A stretch of DNA of 63,428 bases, counting the filler, from Planctomycetota bacterium (GTDB lineage Bacteria > Planctomycetota > Planctomycetia > JALXBF01): NCBI GenBank assembly GCA_026991575.1. It is 3 parts of 3 records of this genome, joined end to end, with 100 filler letters (N's around TTAATTAATTAA, not from the genome) between each part and the next. Parts side by side here need not be neighbours in the genome. Positions count along the whole stretch, not along the records: positions 33,184 to 63,428 come from JALXBF010000009.1; 2 more parts are not named here. One strand, written 5' to 3'. The notes beneath the pieces are model-generated. The model had not been told where the DNA came from, did not search any database, and saw nothing but the letters and a program-made list of their open reading frames with translations. Positions 43,637 to 51,591 of the stretch are shown here, in pieces. Numbering within the stretch: the first letter of the stretch is position 1; the number at the start of each line of letters is the position of its first letter. The translations under genes were made by a program, and so were the position numbers.

Positions 43637-43867
43637 TCACTGTTGCCTTGTGCCGTTGTTGAAAGCGTTGATTGCACCGAGTTCGTGTGCAAGCAGCCTT
43701 ACTGTTTCGCGTAGTTCATGAACAGCCTCAGTGTGCGCGCGCATGCACGACTCGACACGTTCCACAAGCGCTGCCCATTGCTTCGACACGTACCAGGCAA
43801 ACCAGATGCACATTGCTGCTGGGAATCCAACAGAACCGACCAATTGACCAATGGTCAGGGGGTCCAT
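43637..43867 (-). CDS. putative holin (YvrJ/BhlA-like)
   Basis: One TM segment (VGFPAAMCIWFAWY) followed by a coiled coil. Confidence 0.6.
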   Translation of the reverse strand: MDPLTIGQLVGSVGFPAAMCIWFAWYVSKQWAALVERVESCMRAHTEAVHELRETVRLLAHELGAINAFNNGTRQQ

Positions 43868-44292
43868 TCCTTTGCTAGCCCCTTTTCGAGCAGCATCTTT
43901 CCAACGTCATTGCCGTTCAGAAACACACGCGCTAAGACTCGCCCAAACGAATCTCTGCCGTGGACTTCAAGCGTGACCCGCTGCCATTGGACATGTTGCT
44001 CCGCCCATCGACGTGCTGCCTCAGCTAGCTGCTGCTGTAGCTCGTCATGTGACGAGAGCTCCGGAGTATCGACACCGTAGAGGCGGATGTGCTCTTCGCG
44101 AAGTGATACCCCAAGGGGTAAATCAACCTGGCCAACGTAGGTGTCCCCGTCGATGACTCGAGTGATTACTGCTGTGACGCACTGCCCTGTCTCCTGCGGA
44201 TCCTCGCGAATTGCTGCCAGCTCCACCGCGCACACCACCACAGCTGCCGTCAGCCATGCTGCGCAGTGATGCGCGAGGAGCTTACTTGCCAT
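43855..44292 (-). CDS. thermonuclease (SNase family) with an N-terminal hydrophobic segment
   Basis: VIDGDT, IRLYGVDTPE, DSFGRVLA, LLEKGLA. Confidence 0.92.
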   Translation of the reverse strand: MASKLLAHHCAAWLTAAVVVCAVELAAIREDPQETGQCVTAVITRVIDGDTYVGQVDLPLGVSLREEHIRLYGVDTPELSSHDELQQQLAEAARRWAEQHVQWQRVTLEVHGRDSFGRVLARVFLNGNDVGKMLLEKGLAKEWTP

Positions 44293-44794
44293 GGTCAGTT
44301 ACCTCGTACCTCACCTGTCCTTTCTCGTCGACCCACCACCGGACGCGCAGTTTAAGCGGCTGGCTTTCGACTTTCACCGCGCCGCTATTATGCGGGTGCG
44401 CAGCTTCTGTTACAGGCTCCGTAGGCGTGGTATTTTTACTCCACGCCAACACTCCAGCCGCGACTGCAGCAGCCGCCGCAAGCAACGCCACCAACCATGG
44501 CAGCACAGGTGGCGGTTGGATGTTTGCGCGCGTGTAATGGTCGGCGACGACGAGGTCGCCCATCTCACTGACTGCTCGCTGCGTCACCGGCTGCCCGTCG
44601 AACAGCACCCTGTCGTACCACGCTGCCTGGCGTGCGTTTTCCATCGCCTGCATCTCTGCCCATCCCTGGACCGTCAGTGCCTGCTGCAGCGTGTCCAGGC
44701 GGTTGCGCTGCTTGAGCACCTGCTCCGCTGCTTCCTGCTTTGGCGTCTGGAGGGGGTGGCCCAAGTACTTCCTGATAGCGCGCCACAAGCTCAT
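44282..44794 (-). CDS. single-pass membrane protein
   Basis: Coiled coil followed by a TM segment (WLVALLAAAAAVAAGVLAW). Confidence 0.7.
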   Translation of the reverse strand: MSLWRAIRKYLGHPLQTPKQEAAEQVLKQRNRLDTLQQALTVQGWAEMQAMENARQAAWYDRVLFDGQPVTQRAVSEMGDLVVADHYTRANIQPPPVLPWLVALLAAAAAVAAGVLAWSKNTTPTEPVTEAAHPHNSGAVKVESQPLKLRVRWWVDEKGQVRYEVTDHGK

Positions 44795-44879
44795 CGCGTG
44801 TACCCCCCACCAGTACCTGTCGCTGAAGCAACATACGCCACAGGTGCCGCCTGACGAGCTCCAGTACTGTCACGCGTCA

Positions 44880-45110
44880 CTAGCTCTTCGGAACGACGGT
44901 CGGTACGCCGCCCATTCCACCAGGTAGCTGAGCGCGTGCCTGGCCGCCACCGGATTCGGCGATGATGCGGTGCGTGATTCCCTCTCGCTGCGTCATCACG
45001 CCGTCCAGGTGGACAATCTTCGACCGCTCCATCAGGAACGCGTGGCTCTGGGCCTGCGAAAGGGCAACCAGCTCCAAGCCTTTGCGGACGTCTTCACCGA
45101 TCTCGGCCAT
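44880..45110 (-). CDS. small hypothetical protein
   Basis: Strong GGAGGTG RBS before ATG 45110. Confidence 0.7.
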   Translation of the reverse strand: MAEIGEDVRKGLELVALSQAQSHAFLMERSKIVHLDGVMTQREGITHRIIAESGGGQARAQLPGGMGGVPTVVPKS

Positions 45111-45369
45111 GGTCACCTCCACTTATCTCTGGCACCACGTTGATTGTAACGTCACCTCTAAGTGACTTTCTCAATGTTTCCCACGACTGCCTCAGGGCCA
45201 TTACTTCGCGCCTTAGCGCTGCCACTTCTCGCTCTAAGACATCAAGCCGCTTCTTGTCAGCACCCCCTGGCTTATCCCTGTCCAGGGGGCGCCAGGGCGC
45301 GTCGGGTGGTGCGTTGTCGCCACGGTTTTTCGAAATACCCCCGCCACGCGGAGGGTTCGTGGCGGGGGG

Positions 45370-45936
45370 TCAGGTGGGAGGCCCAATGGGTGCCGCCGCT
45401 GTAACGCTACCGCTAACTCCCCAGGCTACGCCGAGTATTTCACCTCCCGGGCCAATGACCGCAGCGCCGCTATCACCGTGACGAATCCGCCCGCGCAGCC
45501 AGAACAGGCGGAGGCAGGTGCGTTCGACCAGTCGGCCCGCATACCGGGCGGGGGTATCCGGTACCCCCACCCGGTATAGCACAGCGACGTCCACTCGCTG
45601 GCCGGCTGCGGGCCGGCACACGCGGAGGCGTCGAAAGTTGTGGGGAGGCGCCACATGGAGGTACGCGTAGTCTGCCTGCCAGTCAGATGAGCACAGCGTA
45701 GCCCTGGCGATGCAGTGCCTGTGCGCCACCACGAGAGACCTGGCACCTCTCACGACGTGGGCTGCAGTCAGGACGTGATGTGAGTCGACGAAGTATCCGG
45801 TACCTACGCTTAGCCCCCTACCGTAGTCAGCGCGCACCACACAAATACGGGCCGGGTCAACGGAGGCCAGGGCCGCTGCTGCCGATGCCGCGCAGAGGAG
45901 GAGGACGCACACCGATGAGACTGCGAGACGAGTCAT
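45370..45936 (-). CDS. secreted trypsin-like serine protease (may read through to 45094)
   Basis: Signal peptide and catalytic triad motifs TAAHV, DYA and GDSG. ATGA overlap with the upstream gene. Confidence 0.9.
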   Translation of the reverse strand: MTRLAVSSVCVLLLCAASAAAALASVDPARICVVRADYGRGLSVGTGYFVDSHHVLTAAHVVRGARSLVVAHRHCIARATLCSSDWQADYAYLHVAPPHNFRRLRVCRPAAGQRVDVAVLYRVGVPDTPARYAGRLVERTCLRLFWLRGRIRHGDSGAAVIGPGGEILGVAWGVSGSVTAAAPIGPPT

Positions 45937-46520
45937 GCAGCGGCCCATCGAATGGCCTCCTGAGTTTGCTGTCGCTTCAGGTAACCGACCGCATCGTGGC
46001 ACGTCCATACGTGCCAGTTGCGGTGCGCTGCTTTCAGCCTGCCTGATTTTACTGGCGGGTGGCTGATAAGGTCCAGTACTCCCCAGACGTTCGCCCACCT
46101 TGCAACGGTTGACGGCCTTGCAATTGGAGGCAGGGATAGCGGCACGAGTCCGCGTTCTGCGTAGACAAGAGGCGACCCAAGCGTAACCATCCTGTGAGTG
46201 CGCCTTGCAAAGTACTTGCATGCCTTATACGCGATCACTGTCCCGAGGCTGTGCGAGATGATAAGGCTTGGCGCTTTTTCGTCGCAGAGATTTGCAAGGC
46301 GCTGTGCGTCCACCGATGCAACGATGTGTCCCAGGTCTTCCAGCCACGTCGTGACGCGCTGCCACAACCTCCGCGGCTTGGCGGAACAATCCCAGGTGTA
46401 CGGCGTCACGGTAGCTCGGTGCCCAATGGCTAAGGTGATGTGTCTCAACCATGGGATCCACCAGCCATACGGTCTGGTTGTCCCCATTCCGTGAACCAGC
46501 ACAACGTGCACCGCGCACAC
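45933..46520 (-). CDS. alpha/beta hydrolase
   Basis: VLVHG, SHSLG nucleophile elbow, VTLGSP, candidate Asp (DLI) and His (CHD). Confidence 0.85.
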   Translation of the reverse strand: MCAVHVVLVHGMGTTRPYGWWIPWLRHITLAIGHRATVTPYTWDCSAKPRRLWQRVTTWLEDLGHIVASVDAQRLANLCDEKAPSLIISHSLGTVIAYKACKYFARRTHRMVTLGSPLVYAERGLVPLSLPPIARPSTVARWANVWGVLDLISHPPVKSGRLKAAHRNWHVWTCHDAVGYLKRQQTQEAIRWAAA

Positions 46521-46589
46521 CCCTTGGTGAGACCGTGGTTATGCCACACGAGTATAGGGGACGCGCGGTGCATCTGGCAACGTGGCAGG

Positions 46590-46898
46590 CTACTTCTGGA
46601 GCAGGTAAGCAAAGAGATCGAGGTCCACCACAACTAGCGGCTGTTTTCTGTCTGCCCAAAGCACGAGCATGTCCACATCTCCAGTGGTTAGCCACCTATG
46701 CAACTGTTTCCAGCCGTCTTTTCTTGCTTTTAGTTCTACGCACAGGCGTGCTTTCTCTGACTCGACGACAACGTCACACTTTGCGGTGTTAGCTGCGCCA
46801 CTCAGTGGCACTCGGGACGCTCGAAGGCCGAAGCGCTTCAGCAGACGCACCAGCTCCTGCTCACGGCGGCGCCCCTTTTCTCGCTCTCTCTTGCCCAC
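46590..46898 (-). CDS. Hjc-type Holliday junction resolvase (PD-D/ExK)
   Basis: KGRRREQEL, RVPLSGA, CDVV, VELK. Confidence 0.85.
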   Translation of the reverse strand: MGKREREKGRRREQELVRLLKRFGLRASRVPLSGAANTAKCDVVVESEKARLCVELKARKDGWKQLHRWLTTGDVDMLVLWADRKQPLVVVDLDLFAYLLQK

Positions 46899-46969
46899 GC
46901 ATCAACCTCCGTGGATATGTCACCACGCTTTACAAAGTGGCCCAGGATCGCGTTCGGCCGCCAGGCGGC

Positions 46970-47245
46970 TTACGAGTCGCCAGTGGAAGAATCGTCGCAA
47001 TCCGGGCGAATTTGTAACGCAGCAGGGTCGTCTGCGACGGCTATGACGTTCTCAAGACGCACGCACAGCCGCTCGCCCTCTGGGGTCAACACGAGGACGA
47101 AGTGTTTCGTCCTCGGCAGCGTGCTCCACTTGCCGCTGTGCCATCCAGGGTACAGCCTACTGTACACCAGTAGCACTTGGCCGATACGTTGTTTGTCTGC
47201 GTCGCGGAACTTCACCCATTTTCCCTTGGCAACTCGTGATAACAT
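46970..47245 (-). CDS. hypothetical protein
   Basis: GAGGA RBS, operon position. Confidence 0.6.
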   Translation of the reverse strand: MLSRVAKGKWVKFRDADKQRIGQVLLVYSRLYPGWHSGKWSTLPRTKHFVLVLTPEGERLCVRLENVIAVADDPAALQIRPDCDDSSTGDS

Positions 47246-47260
47246 GGGTCATCCTCTGGA

Positions 47261-47785
47261 CTAATACCGGATATTACTTTGACCGCTTATGCACATCAGG
47301 TGTGCTTGCTCGGATAGCTCCAGCTCTAGTACTTTACCCCCGCGCGCCGACGCTATCTCGCGCCATTCTGCGAGGTGTTCGCTGGTCGGCTCGAGTCCGC
47401 GAAGGTGGCACCACCAGTGAAAGCGGCAGTATGTGGGGCCACTGCCACCAACGGTGGGGGAACAAACGCCTGGCATTTGGCAGCGTCCCCACGAGCAGCG
47501 ATCGTACTCAGTGCAGCGGCGTGGTACCGGCTCACCTCGTGCCGCAGCGTACTCGCGTGCCATCCTGGCGACAGCCGCTGGATGTTGGTCCGTGCGCAGT
47601 CTGAGCCGGTCCGCACGTCGGTATAGTTCGTCGGACGCCCTGAGAGCATCTTCGAGCTCGATGGCTGCGAACAGCGCAGTGAGCCGGTCCGTGAGCGCAT
47701 CACCCCCCTCGCGAGCGTATTTGCGAAACGGTGGGAACAGCGTCGAGTGGTGCTCGATCCACTGAGCAGTCTCGCGGCGGTTCAT
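47261..47785 (-). CDS. putative helicase-loader-like protein with a Cys/His cluster
   Basis: Coupled by ATGA to the replication initiator. Helical N-terminus and C..C...C.FH cluster. Function inferred from position. Confidence 0.5.
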   Translation of the reverse strand: MNRRETAQWIEHHSTLFPPFRKYAREGGDALTDRLTALFAAIELEDALRASDELYRRADRLRLRTDQHPAAVARMAREYAAARGEPVPRRCTEYDRCSWGRCQMPGVCSPTVGGSGPTYCRFHWWCHLRGLEPTSEHLAEWREIASARGGKVLELELSEQAHLMCISGQSNIRY

Positions 47786-48768
47786 GTCGACCTCCCATTC
47801 GCGTCGCAGGTGCGCAGCTCTCCGTTCCCGCCCCCCTTGGACACCCAGCGCGCAAGCATCTCGCGCAGTTCGTCCATCTCGCTCTTTGCCTTCGGGGGAG
47901 GCTTCCGAACCAGGTGTATGTGCTTGGCCACGCACTCCGGCGTGACGACGATCTCCCAGCCCAGCCGCTCCAGCAGCTCTGGAAACTGACGCACCTCGGT
48001 GGCCGTGTATGGCGGGTTGGCAGCAAGCAATTCGCTGGCCACTCGGTGGTAGCGCTTCCAGGACCTGGCAGAGTCGTCCAGGGGCGCGACGTCACGCAGC
48101 GCCTTGACGAGCTCGCTGCGCTGCCGGATCGCCTCCGGGGATTCTGGGGGCTCGCTGCGCGGTTTCTGGGTGGGAGAGTTTTTTGCAGGCGCGCGAGGCG
48201 CCTCGCCGCGAAGCGGCGACGCGGCGCAAGCCGCGTCCGAGCGTCCTGCATCCTGCATCCTGCAGGATGCAGGAAGCGCACGTAGTGCGCTTTCTCTTCT
48301 CCTCTCCTCTCCTCTCCTCTCCTCTAGGGCGTTACGGTAACGTTTCGGTAACGTTACGGTAACGTTACGGTAACGCGGATGTAACGTTACATCAGCGTTA
48401 CACGCCTGTTCCGTAACTCCTTTGCGTGCCTTTGCCTTACGCTCTCTGTGTCGACGAACTCGCTCCCGATTTCGAGAATTTTGCCCCATGTGGCGCGCAA
48501 AGTTCGGAATCCGAATAAATCGCTTTTTGATCGAAATCCATCCAACTTTTTCCACCGCGCGCCAGAACTCAGGCGGCGTTTTGAACAGGGCGCAGAGGGT
48601 GTCCAAGTCAACCCCGCGCAGCGTCCCGTCGTCTGTCTGCGAATCGCACCAGCACCAGAACCTGACTAGCGTGCCTAGCACGTGGTCTGGGTGCAGACCC
48701 GTTGCAGCGGCGATTTTCACGATCTCTGGCTTACTTGGTGTTGTTGTATCCACCTTGATCCAGGGCAT
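47782..48768 (-). CDS. phage replication initiator (lambda O-like organisation)
   Basis: MPWIKV...KPE..., wHTH-like N-domain, RERVRRHRE helix, internal iteron array. Confidence 0.8.
   Translation of the reverse strand: MPWIKVDTTTPSKPEIVKIAAATGLHPDHVLGTLVRFWCWCDSQTDDGTLRGVDLDTLCALFKTPPEFWRAVEKVGWISIKKRFIRIPNFARHMGQNSRNRERVRRHRERKAKARKGVTEQACNADVTLHPRYRNVTVTLPKRYRNALEERRGEERRRESALRALPASCRMQDAGRSDAACAASPLRGEAPRAPAKNSPTQKPRSEPPESPEAIRQRSELVKALRDVAPLDDSARSWKRYHRVASELLAANPPYTATEVRQFPELLERLGWEIVVTPECVAKHIHLVRKPPPKAKSEMDELREMLARWVSKGGGNGELRTCDANGRST
48244..48406. repeat. iteron-like 11-bp tandem array with a CCTCT run and TCCTGCA repeats (probable origin)
   Basis: CGTTACGGTAA at 48330, 48352 and 48363, CGTTTCGGTAA at 48341, degenerate copies to about 48406. 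Confidence 0.8.
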
Positions 48769-48955
48769 GGCGTCCTCCCCTTTCTCTGCGGTACAGTTCC
48801 AGTGACTGTGGGTCTACCAACCATCCGAGCCGCGTGCGACAGCCGCGTAGGCGGCCAGCCTCGAGCAGGGCTCGGACCCACTGCACACTGCACTCTAGCT
48901 CTCGTGCGGTCTGGCCAGCGGTAAGCCAGCACTCCAGCTCGCGCAATTCGACCAT
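48731..48955 (-). CDS. excisionase-like HTH protein
   Basis: WLTAGQTARELECSVQWVRALLEAGRL...GWLV. GGAGG RBS. Confidence 0.8.
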   Translation of the reverse strand: MVELRELECWLTAGQTARELECSVQWVRALLEAGRLRGCRTRLGWLVDPQSLELYRRERGGRHALDQGGYNNTK

Positions 48956-49020
48956 GGCACGACCTCCGACAGTTGCTGCTCCACTCAGCCGGCACCCGCC
49001 CGCCGGGTGCCGGGCGACCC

Positions 49021-49050
49021 ATTGTACCGCGCGTCCAGGCGGCGCCGCAA
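49021..49050 (-). promoter_or_regulatory. sigma70-type promoter of the replication/late leftward operon
   Basis: TTGCGG-N18-TACAAT on the minus strand. Confidence 0.55.
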
Positions 49051-49057
49051 CAGGTGG

Positions 49058-49086
49058 TTGACACGCCGGGTGCCGTGCGGTAGAAT
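49058..49086 (+). promoter_or_regulatory. near-consensus sigma70 promoter
   Basis: TTGACA-N17-TAGAAT. Confidence 0.85.
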
Positions 49087-49191
49087 CGCGGCGCCATCTG
49101 CCCAGCGGCTTGGTACTCCGGGTGTCCGGGGGGCCACTAGCAGGGGGGGCACGATGTGCCCCCCTTTGGCCTCTATTTGCGGGGGAGCACC

Positions 49192-49440
49192 ATGCGCAAC
49201 GCGCACTCAGATGCTGTTGCCGCAGCGGCCACAACCCGTCAGCAGCCGGTTGAGCGATTGCTCAGCGTGACGGAGGTTGCCGTAGTACTCGGGATTAGTG
49301 AGCTAATGGTGCGCCACTACATCCGAGACGGAGAGCTACCCGTCGTACGTGTCTCCGAACGCTGTCTTCGTGTGCGCCCTGACGACCTCCGGGACTTCAT
49401 CGATCGCAGGGTAGACCGGCAGGGCAAGGACAGCGACTAG
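49192..49440 (+). CDS. excisionase-like HTH protein
   Basis: LLSVTEVAVVLGISELMVRHYIRDGELP...RVRPDDLRDFI. Confidence 0.85.
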   Translation: MRNAHSDAVAAAATTRQQPVERLLSVTEVAVVLGISELMVRHYIRDGELPVVRVSERCLRVRPDDLRDFIDRRVDRQGKDSD

Positions 49441-49482
49441 CCAACTACACGTAGCCTCGTCGCTGCCCGAGCGAGGTGGCCA

Positions 49483-49770
49483 ATGGACCGTGAGCGCATA
49501 GAACGCGTCGCGATTGCGACCGAGGCACTCGCACGTCTTATACTCGCCGAGGTTGGTAAACCACCAGCCGAATGGGTCGAGCACCTTCGCGAAGCGTGGC
49601 GCGGCTTGACCGGTGCGTGCGCTGTCGGAGCCTCTGGCGACAGTGGTTGGCTTACCTTGCTAGCTCGGAGCATACTCGTTCTTGCTGCGCAACCTGGTGG
49701 CGTCCAGGTCCTTGGACGTCAGTGGTACGTACGCGGCGGGACCCTTATAGTCAGGAGGCTGCCAGAGTGA
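49483..49770 (+). CDS. hypothetical protein
   Basis: GAGGTG RBS, GTGA overlap with the next gene. Confidence 0.65.
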   Translation: MDRERIERVAIATEALARLILAEVGKPPAEWVEHLREAWRGLTGACAVGASGDSGWLTLLARSILVLAAQPGGVQVLGRQWYVRGGTLIVRRLPE

Positions 49771-49976
49771 AAGGTCTGATAAGCAACCCACTATGGCTAC
49801 GGTGGAGCTTTCGCTTGCGCATACCGCCGCACGAACTCGTTGACATGTGGCGGCAATACCGGCGATACCACAGCCACAGAGTTCGGCTGTGTGACTTTCT
49901 CGCTGATCAGGACAGAGCACGTCGCATCATGGATGCTGTTGTTGAATCTCTCGAGAGAAAGGGGTACCTGCGATGA
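49767..49976 (+). CDS. hypothetical protein
   Basis: GGAGG RBS and GTG start, overlaps both neighbours by 4 nt. Confidence 0.6.
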   Translation: MKGLISNPLWLRWSFRLRIPPHELVDMWRQYRRYHSHRVRLCDFLADQDRARRIMDAVVESLERKGYLR

Positions 49977-50752
49977 CCTTGCCAGCGCGCCAGAATGAAT
50001 CTGGTGACATTGCCCCATCCGAACCTGCTGCTGGTGATGTGGGGACCAGCTTTGCCACGGCCAAACAGGTCGCTGAGCTCATCCGCGACGTGATCCGGCA
50101 GCAGAAACTAGCGGTGCGGATCCAGGGGCGGGACTACGTCCGCTGCGAGGGGTGGACAGCACTCGGGGCGCTCATGGGGTTGATGCCGCGCGAAGTCGAA
50201 GTCCGGCGTACTGAAACCCCCCAGGGGTACGAGGCTGTCGTGGAGGTCGTGCGCGTGGCTGACGGACGTGTTCTATCCAGAGCGTCCGCCATCTGCGCGC
50301 GCGATGAACCTCAGTGGAGGGACCGGCCGGAGTATGCGGTGCGGTCGATGGCTGTCACCAGGGCAACCAGCAAGGCGTTCCGCTTGGTGTACTCCTGGGT
50401 AATGGCCCTTGCTGGATATGAACCGACGCCGGCAGAGGAGATGGTAGATGTCGTCACGGTGCAGCCTGCCGCGAACAGCAAGGATGATAGCGACATGGGT
50501 AAACGGAGAGGTAAGAAGCCAACGCCTCAAAAGCAGTTGGCTGACGAAATTGTAAGAGTCGTGGAAAAGGCCTACCCAGAGGTGAAGGGCGACAAGAAGA
50601 AACTTCAGGAGTTGTGCAGGGGGCTTGCAAAGATTTACTGTGGCACGCCGGACGTTCGCACGCTGAGCGACGCCCGCGCTAAGGAGGTACTTGAGAACGT
50701 TCGTGACCTTTCACCTGACGCAGTACGATTGCACTTGGAGGTGCCGTTTTGA
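49973..50752 (+). CDS. single-strand annealing recombinase-like protein (RecT/Rad52 superfamily)
   Basis: YVRCEGW, SMAVTRATSKAFR, GYEPTPAEEM, and an SSB-like EVPF tail. Confidence 0.65.
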   Translation: MTLPARQNESGDIAPSEPAAGDVGTSFATAKQVAELIRDVIRQQKLAVRIQGRDYVRCEGWTALGALMGLMPREVEVRRTETPQGYEAVVEVVRVADGRVLSRASAICARDEPQWRDRPEYAVRSMAVTRATSKAFRLVYSWVMALAGYEPTPAEEMVDVVTVQPAANSKDDSDMGKRRGKKPTPQKQLADEIVRVVEKAYPEVKGDKKKLQELCRGLAKIYCGTPDVRTLSDARAKEVLENVRDLSPDAVRLHLEVPF

Positions 50753-51105
50753 TGGGACGTGGACCCCTGGTCAAGATGGTTGCGTCAAGCCTCACTAACG
50801 AGATATCAATGAAGATAGCTCAGAGATGCGATCTGCTCGCAGAAGAGCACGGCATGGATGAGCATGAGGCATGTTTATTTGCACAGGCTGTTGCTACCAC
50901 TCTCGTGTCGAAGCTTGTTTGCCTTATCGCACTTGGCTGGCACGAGATCATCGACGGCACTGAAAAGCCTGACCTAAGCGTATTATCCTGGGACGTGGTA
51001 GGAGCACTGCACGAGGTGTTAGGCCGTCACCTGGGCAGCGAGTATGCCGATAGTGTTTCGTACCACCCGTGCACGCGTGATACCGGACCAGATGTGGCTA
51101 GCTAG
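50749..51105 (+). CDS. hypothetical protein
   Basis: GGAGGTG RBS, coupled to the upstream stop. Confidence 0.6.
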   Translation: MMGRGPLVKMVASSLTNEISMKIAQRCDLLAEEHGMDEHEACLFAQAVATTLVSKLVCLIALGWHEIIDGTEKPDLSVLSWDVVGALHEVLGRHLGSEYADSVSYHPCTRDTGPDVAS

Positions 51106-51121
51106 CCATGTGTTACAGAAA

Positions 51122-51157
51122 TGGCGTGCTGCATGCGTCCGTGCGGCAGCACGCCAC
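51122..51157. terminator. hairpin between convergent operons
   Basis: TGGCGTGCTGC...GCAGCACGCCA, without a clear U tract. Confidence 0.55.
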
Positions 51158-51165
51158 TGGCTAGA

Positions 51166-51591
51166 CTAGAGTGATCGCCCCTCTGGTATATTGCCTGACT
51201 TAAGCTGATCAATGGCCCGTCGGATGTGCTCAGGCGCTTCCGACTCCAGCCTGCGTCTTAGGTTACCGGCTGGTCGGTAGCGCCAAGCATAGTAGCAGCG
51301 GTATAAGGTGCACAGAACGATTTCCTCGTCCTTCACCAGCGCGTACCAGTCCCATCCTAGTCCTTCGCGCCAGGAAGGATCTTCAACCAGGTCCTGCTCC
51401 CAACCTAGCAGCCAGATTTGCACGCCGTGGCGAGGCTCGATCCACGTCCAGATTAGGCCGGAGCCGCCGGTCGGAGCGTGAGGTACCTCTACCGGATGAG
51501 AAAGGTAATCTGCGAGGTCGTCTGGCACGCGCGGTAGTTCCCAATCGGCTATCCTGATGCACTGCTGCGGGTATAAGGCGGTGTTACTCAC
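51166..51591 (-). CDS. Trp-rich hypothetical protein
   Basis: Last gene of a tightly coupled operon, GGAG RBS. Confidence 0.65.
   Translation of the reverse strand: MSNTALYPQQCIRIADWELPRVPDDLADYLSHPVEVPHAPTGGSGLIWTWIEPRHGVQIWLLGWEQDLVEDPSWREGLGWDWYALVKDEEIVLCTLYRCYYAWRYRPAGNLRRRLESEAPEHIRRAIDQLKSGNIPEGRSL

Noticed and set aside
48330..48406. 11-bp repeats as a CRISPR or DGR element
   Set aside because: No spacers, no reverse transcriptase and no adenine-specific TR/VR pair.
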